32,000 bases of DNA from Xanthomonas campestris pv. campestris str. ATCC 33913 (GTDB lineage: Bacteria; Pseudomonadota; Gammaproteobacteria; Xanthomonadales; Xanthomonadaceae): the NCBI RefSeq assembly GCF_000007145.1, contig NC_003902.1, positions 4,853,426 to 4,885,425 of the forward strand. Direction: 5' to 3'. The notes beneath the pieces were generated by a model. It was not told the origin of the DNA. It ran no database searches and saw only the letters and a list, made by a program, of their open reading frames with translations. The position numbers were made by a program, and so were the translations under genes. Shown piece after piece: positions 29,234 to 32,000 of this stretch. The first letter of the stretch is position 1. Every line of letters starts with the position of its first letter.

Positions 29234-31924
29234 ATGCATTCCCATCCTGCCCCGCATGCCCGCGTGCCGCACCGTGCCCTGGCGCGGGGCCTGTTGCTGG
29301 CGCTCGGCGTGGCCGCCGGCAGCACGCACGCCGCAACGCCACCGCCGCCATATCTGGACCCCACGCAACCGCTGCAGGCGCGCGCCGCCGATCTGGTATC
29401 GCGCATGACGCTGGAGGAAAAGGCCGCGCAGATGCAGAACGCCGCGCCCGCCATCCCGCGCCTGCAGGTGCCCGAATACGATTGGTGGAACGAAGCCCTG
29501 CACGGCGTGGCCCGCGCCGGCGGTGCCACGGTGTTTCCGCAGGCGATCGGCCTGGCGGCCACGTTCGATACCCCGTTGATGGCCGAGGTGGCCACCGCCA
29601 TCAGCGACGAAGCGCGCGCCAAGCACCATGCCTTCCTGGCGGGCGGCGAGCACAAGCGTTACCAGGGGCTCACGTTCTGGTCGCCCAACATCAACATCTT
29701 CCGTGACCCGCGCTGGGGCCGTGGCCAGGAAACCTATGGCGAGGATCCGTTCCTCACCGCGCGCATGGGCGTCACCTTCGTGCAGGGCCTGCAGGCGCAG
29801 CAGGGGCCGTATCGCAAGCTCGATGCCACCGCCAAGCATTACGCGGTGCACAGTGGCCCGGAGGCGGATCGTCATCATTTCGACGTGCATCCCAGCGAGC
29901 GCGATCTCTACGAGACCTATCTGCCCGCCTTTCAGGCGCTGGTGCAGGAAGGCCACGTCGCCGCGGTGATGGGTGCCTACAACCGCGTCAACGGCGAGTC
30001 CGCATCGGCCAGCACGCGGCTGGAAGGCATCCTGCGCCGTGATTGGGGTTTCGATGGCTACATCGTCAGCGACTGCGCGGCCATCCGCGACATCTGGCAG
30101 AACCACAAGATCGTGCCCACGCCCGAAGCCGCCGCCGCACTCGGCGTCAAGCATGGCACCGACCTGGATTGCGGCGACACCTATGCCGCGTTGCCTGCCG
30201 CCGTGCGTGCCGGCCTGATCGATGAAGCCACCATCGATCGGTCGCTGACACGGCTGATGGCCGCGCGCCTGCGGCTGGGCATGTTCGACCCGCCGGCCAA
30301 GGTGCCGTGGGCGCAGACCCCGGCATCGGCCAATCAATCGCCGCAGCACGATGCACTGGCCCGGCGCACCGCACGCGAATCGCTGGTACTGCTGAAAAAC
30401 GACGGCCTGCTGCCGCTCAAGCCCACGCTCAAGCGCATTGCCGTGGTCGGCCCCACCGCCGATGACCCGATGTCGCTGCTGGGCAACTACTACGGCACAC
30501 CGGCCGCGCCGGTCACCATCCTGCAAGGCATCCGCGATGCGGCCCCGCAGGCCGAGGTGGTGTATGCACGCGGCAGCGACCTGGTGGAAGGCCGCGAAGA
30601 CCCCAACGCCGCCGCACCGATCGACGCGCGCTACCTGCGCCCAGCCGCCGGTGCCAGCCAGAACGGCCTTACCGGTGACTACTTCCGTGGCCGTGCACTG
30701 GCGGGCCAGCCGGTGCTCACCCGCATCGACCCACGCATCGCCTTCCGTTGGGACCGCAATGCGCCCACCGACGATGCGGTCGGCCGCGGCGAACTACAGC
30801 CCGGCCAGGCGCTCGGCAAGGACGACTTCAGCGTGCGCTGGCACGGCCAGTTGCTGCCGCCGGTGTCGGGAAACTACGAGCTGCAGATTGCCGCCGACGA
30901 CGGCGTGCGCCTGTATCTGGACGGCAAGCCGCTCATCGACCAGTGGAGCGATGCGCCGCGCATGCGGAGCAGCACCGCCACCGTGGCGCTGCAGGCCGGC
31001 AAGGCCTACGACCTGCGCGTGGAATATTACGAAGCCACCCGCGATGCCGGCGTACGCCTGGCCTGGCGCATGCCCGGCGCCAAACCGCCGTTGCAGGAAG
31101 CCGTGGATGCCGCGCGCAATGCCGATGTGGTGGTGTTTGTCGGCGGTCTCACCGGCGATGTCGAAGGTGAGGAAATGGACGTCAATTACCCCGGCTTTGC
31201 TGGCGGCGACCGCACCGACACGCGCCTGCCCAAACCCCAACGCGAGCTATTGCAGGCACTGCAGGCCACCGGCACGCCAGTGGTCGCGGTGCTCACCACT
31301 GGCTCCGCATTGGCCATCGACTGGGCACAGCAACACGTGCCCGCCATCCTGCTGGCCTGGTACCCCGGCCAGCGTGGCGGTACCGCAGTGGGCGATGTGC
31401 TGTTCGGCCAGGCCAGCCCGGGCGGGCGCCTGCCGATCACCTTCTACAAGGAAGACGAACGCCTGCCGGCCTTCGACGATTACGCCATGCGCGGGCGCAC
31501 CTACCGCTACTTCGACGGCAAGCCGCTGTACCCGTTCGGCCATGGCCTGGCCTACACGCAGTTCGCGTATTCGAACCTGCGGCTGGACCGCACCACCGTT
31601 GCCGCCGATGGCACGCTGCGCGCCACCGTGTCGGTGAAGAACACCGGCCAGCGAGCCGGCGATGAAGTGGTGCAGCTGTATCTGCACCCGCTCAACCCGC
31701 AGCGCGAACGCGCACGCAAGGAGTTGCGCGGCTTCCAGCGCATCACCCTGCAACCGGGCGAACACCGCGAGGTGAGCTTCAACATCACCCCGCGCGAGGC
31801 GCTGCGTATTTACGACGAGCAGCGCAAAGCGTACGCCGTCGACCCAGGCGCCTACGAGCTGCAGATCGGTGCCTCCAGCGCAGACATCCGCAGCAAACAA
31901 CGCTTTACCGTCACCGCAAACTGA
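29234..31924 (+). CDS. GH3 beta-glucosidase/beta-xylosidase with inserted PA14 domain
   Basis: Within ORF 28925..31924. ATG 29234 has AGGAGGA 6 nt upstream and lies 2 nt after the GH43 stop. Signal peptide ...LALGVAAGSTHA. GH3 motifs KHYAVHSGPE and GYIVSDCAAI. A PA14-like insert (GLTGDYFRGRALAGQPV...FSVRWHGQLLPPVSGNYELQIAADDGVRLYLDG) is followed by a C-terminal Fn3-like domain. Confidence 0.9.
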   Translation: MHSHPAPHARVPHRALARGLLLALGVAAGSTHAATPPPPYLDPTQPLQARAADLVSRMTLEEKAAQMQNAAPAIPRLQVPEYDWWNEALHGVARAGGATVFPQAIGLAATFDTPLMAEVATAISDEARAKHHAFLAGGEHKRYQGLTFWSPNINIFRDPRWGRGQETYGEDPFLTARMGVTFVQGLQAQQGPYRKLDATAKHYAVHSGPEADRHHFDVHPSERDLYETYLPAFQALVQEGHVAAVMGAYNRVNGESASASTRLEGILRRDWGFDGYIVSDCAAIRDIWQNHKIVPTPEAAAALGVKHGTDLDCGDTYAALPAAVRAGLIDEATIDRSLTRLMAARLRLGMFDPPAKVPWAQTPASANQSPQHDALARRTARESLVLLKNDGLLPLKPTLKRIAVVGPTADDPMSLLGNYYGTPAAPVTILQGIRDAAPQAEVVYARGSDLVEGREDPNAAAPIDARYLRPAAGASQNGLTGDYFRGRALAGQPVLTRIDPRIAFRWDRNAPTDDAVGRGELQPGQALGKDDFSVRWHGQLLPPVSGNYELQIAADDGVRLYLDGKPLIDQWSDAPRMRSSTATVALQAGKAYDLRVEYYEATRDAGVRLAWRMPGAKPPLQEAVDAARNADVVVFVGGLTGDVEGEEMDVNYPGFAGGDRTDTRLPKPQRELLQALQATGTPVVAVLTTGSALAIDWAQQHVPAILLAWYPGQRGGTAVGDVLFGQASPGGRLPITFYKEDERLPAFDDYAMRGRTYRYFDGKPLYPFGHGLAYTQFAYSNLRLDRTTVAADGTLRATVSVKNTGQRAGDEVVQLYLHPLNPQRERARKELRGFQRITLQPGEHREVSFNITPREALRIYDEQRKAYAVDPGAYELQIGASSADIRSKQRFTVTAN

Positions 31925-31950
31925 TCCCACCGCACGCCGCGGAATCAACG

Positions 31951-31988
31951 CCCCTCTCCCGTCGGGAGAGGGGTTGGGGTGAGGGTAC
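31951..31988 (-). repeat. Family A repeat, isolated R module in inverted orientation (cccctctccc-gtc-gggagaggggttggggtgagggtac)
   Basis: Reverse complement of the R module seen at 5517..5553, 5651..5689 and 8547..8581. It starts 26 nt after the GH3 stop. Confidence 0.85.
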
Positions 31989-32000
31989 GGCCACCAAGCG

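Overview
High-GC (about two-thirds G+C by eye) chromosomal segment whose gene content and order look like a Xanthomonas-type gammaproteobacterium. Left to right: tamB (partial) and tamA, glyS and glyQ, a stand-alone GspE/PilB-family secretion ATPase, a class-I glutamine amidotransferase, a multi-pass membrane protein, tatC-tatB-tatA, a secreted SYLF/Ysc84-like protein, hemH translationally coupled to an alpha/beta hydrolase, a doubtful small ORF, a YgjP/M48-like metallopeptidase, rdgC and ttcA. From about 19.3 kb on comes a glucuronoxylan/xylose utilisation locus: xylA, a convergent LacI-type xylR, then five tightly packed genes (GH67 alpha-glucuronidase, SASA/SGNH acetylesterase, enolase-superfamily D-mannonate dehydratase, GH43, GH3 with PA14 insert). 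The intergenic DNA holds two families of structured repeats: a composite 'gggagagggg/ccctcacccc' hairpin element and a GTAG-type REP doublet (REPIN). I found no rRNA, tRNA, CRISPR array, transposase, integrase or phage gene, and no defence, toxin-antitoxin or other novel multi-gene system that I can support. The window is mainly housekeeping genes plus a xylan locus of a type already described for Xanthomonas. Four things deserve a second look: the tandem structured repeats that split the essential glyQ-glyS pair, the orphan secretion ATPase with no partner genes, the REPINs capping convergent genes, and a poorly coding 630-bp stretch with a small ORF lacking a convincing start. All functional calls rest on my own recognition of motifs and of similarity to well-known families. 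No database search was run.
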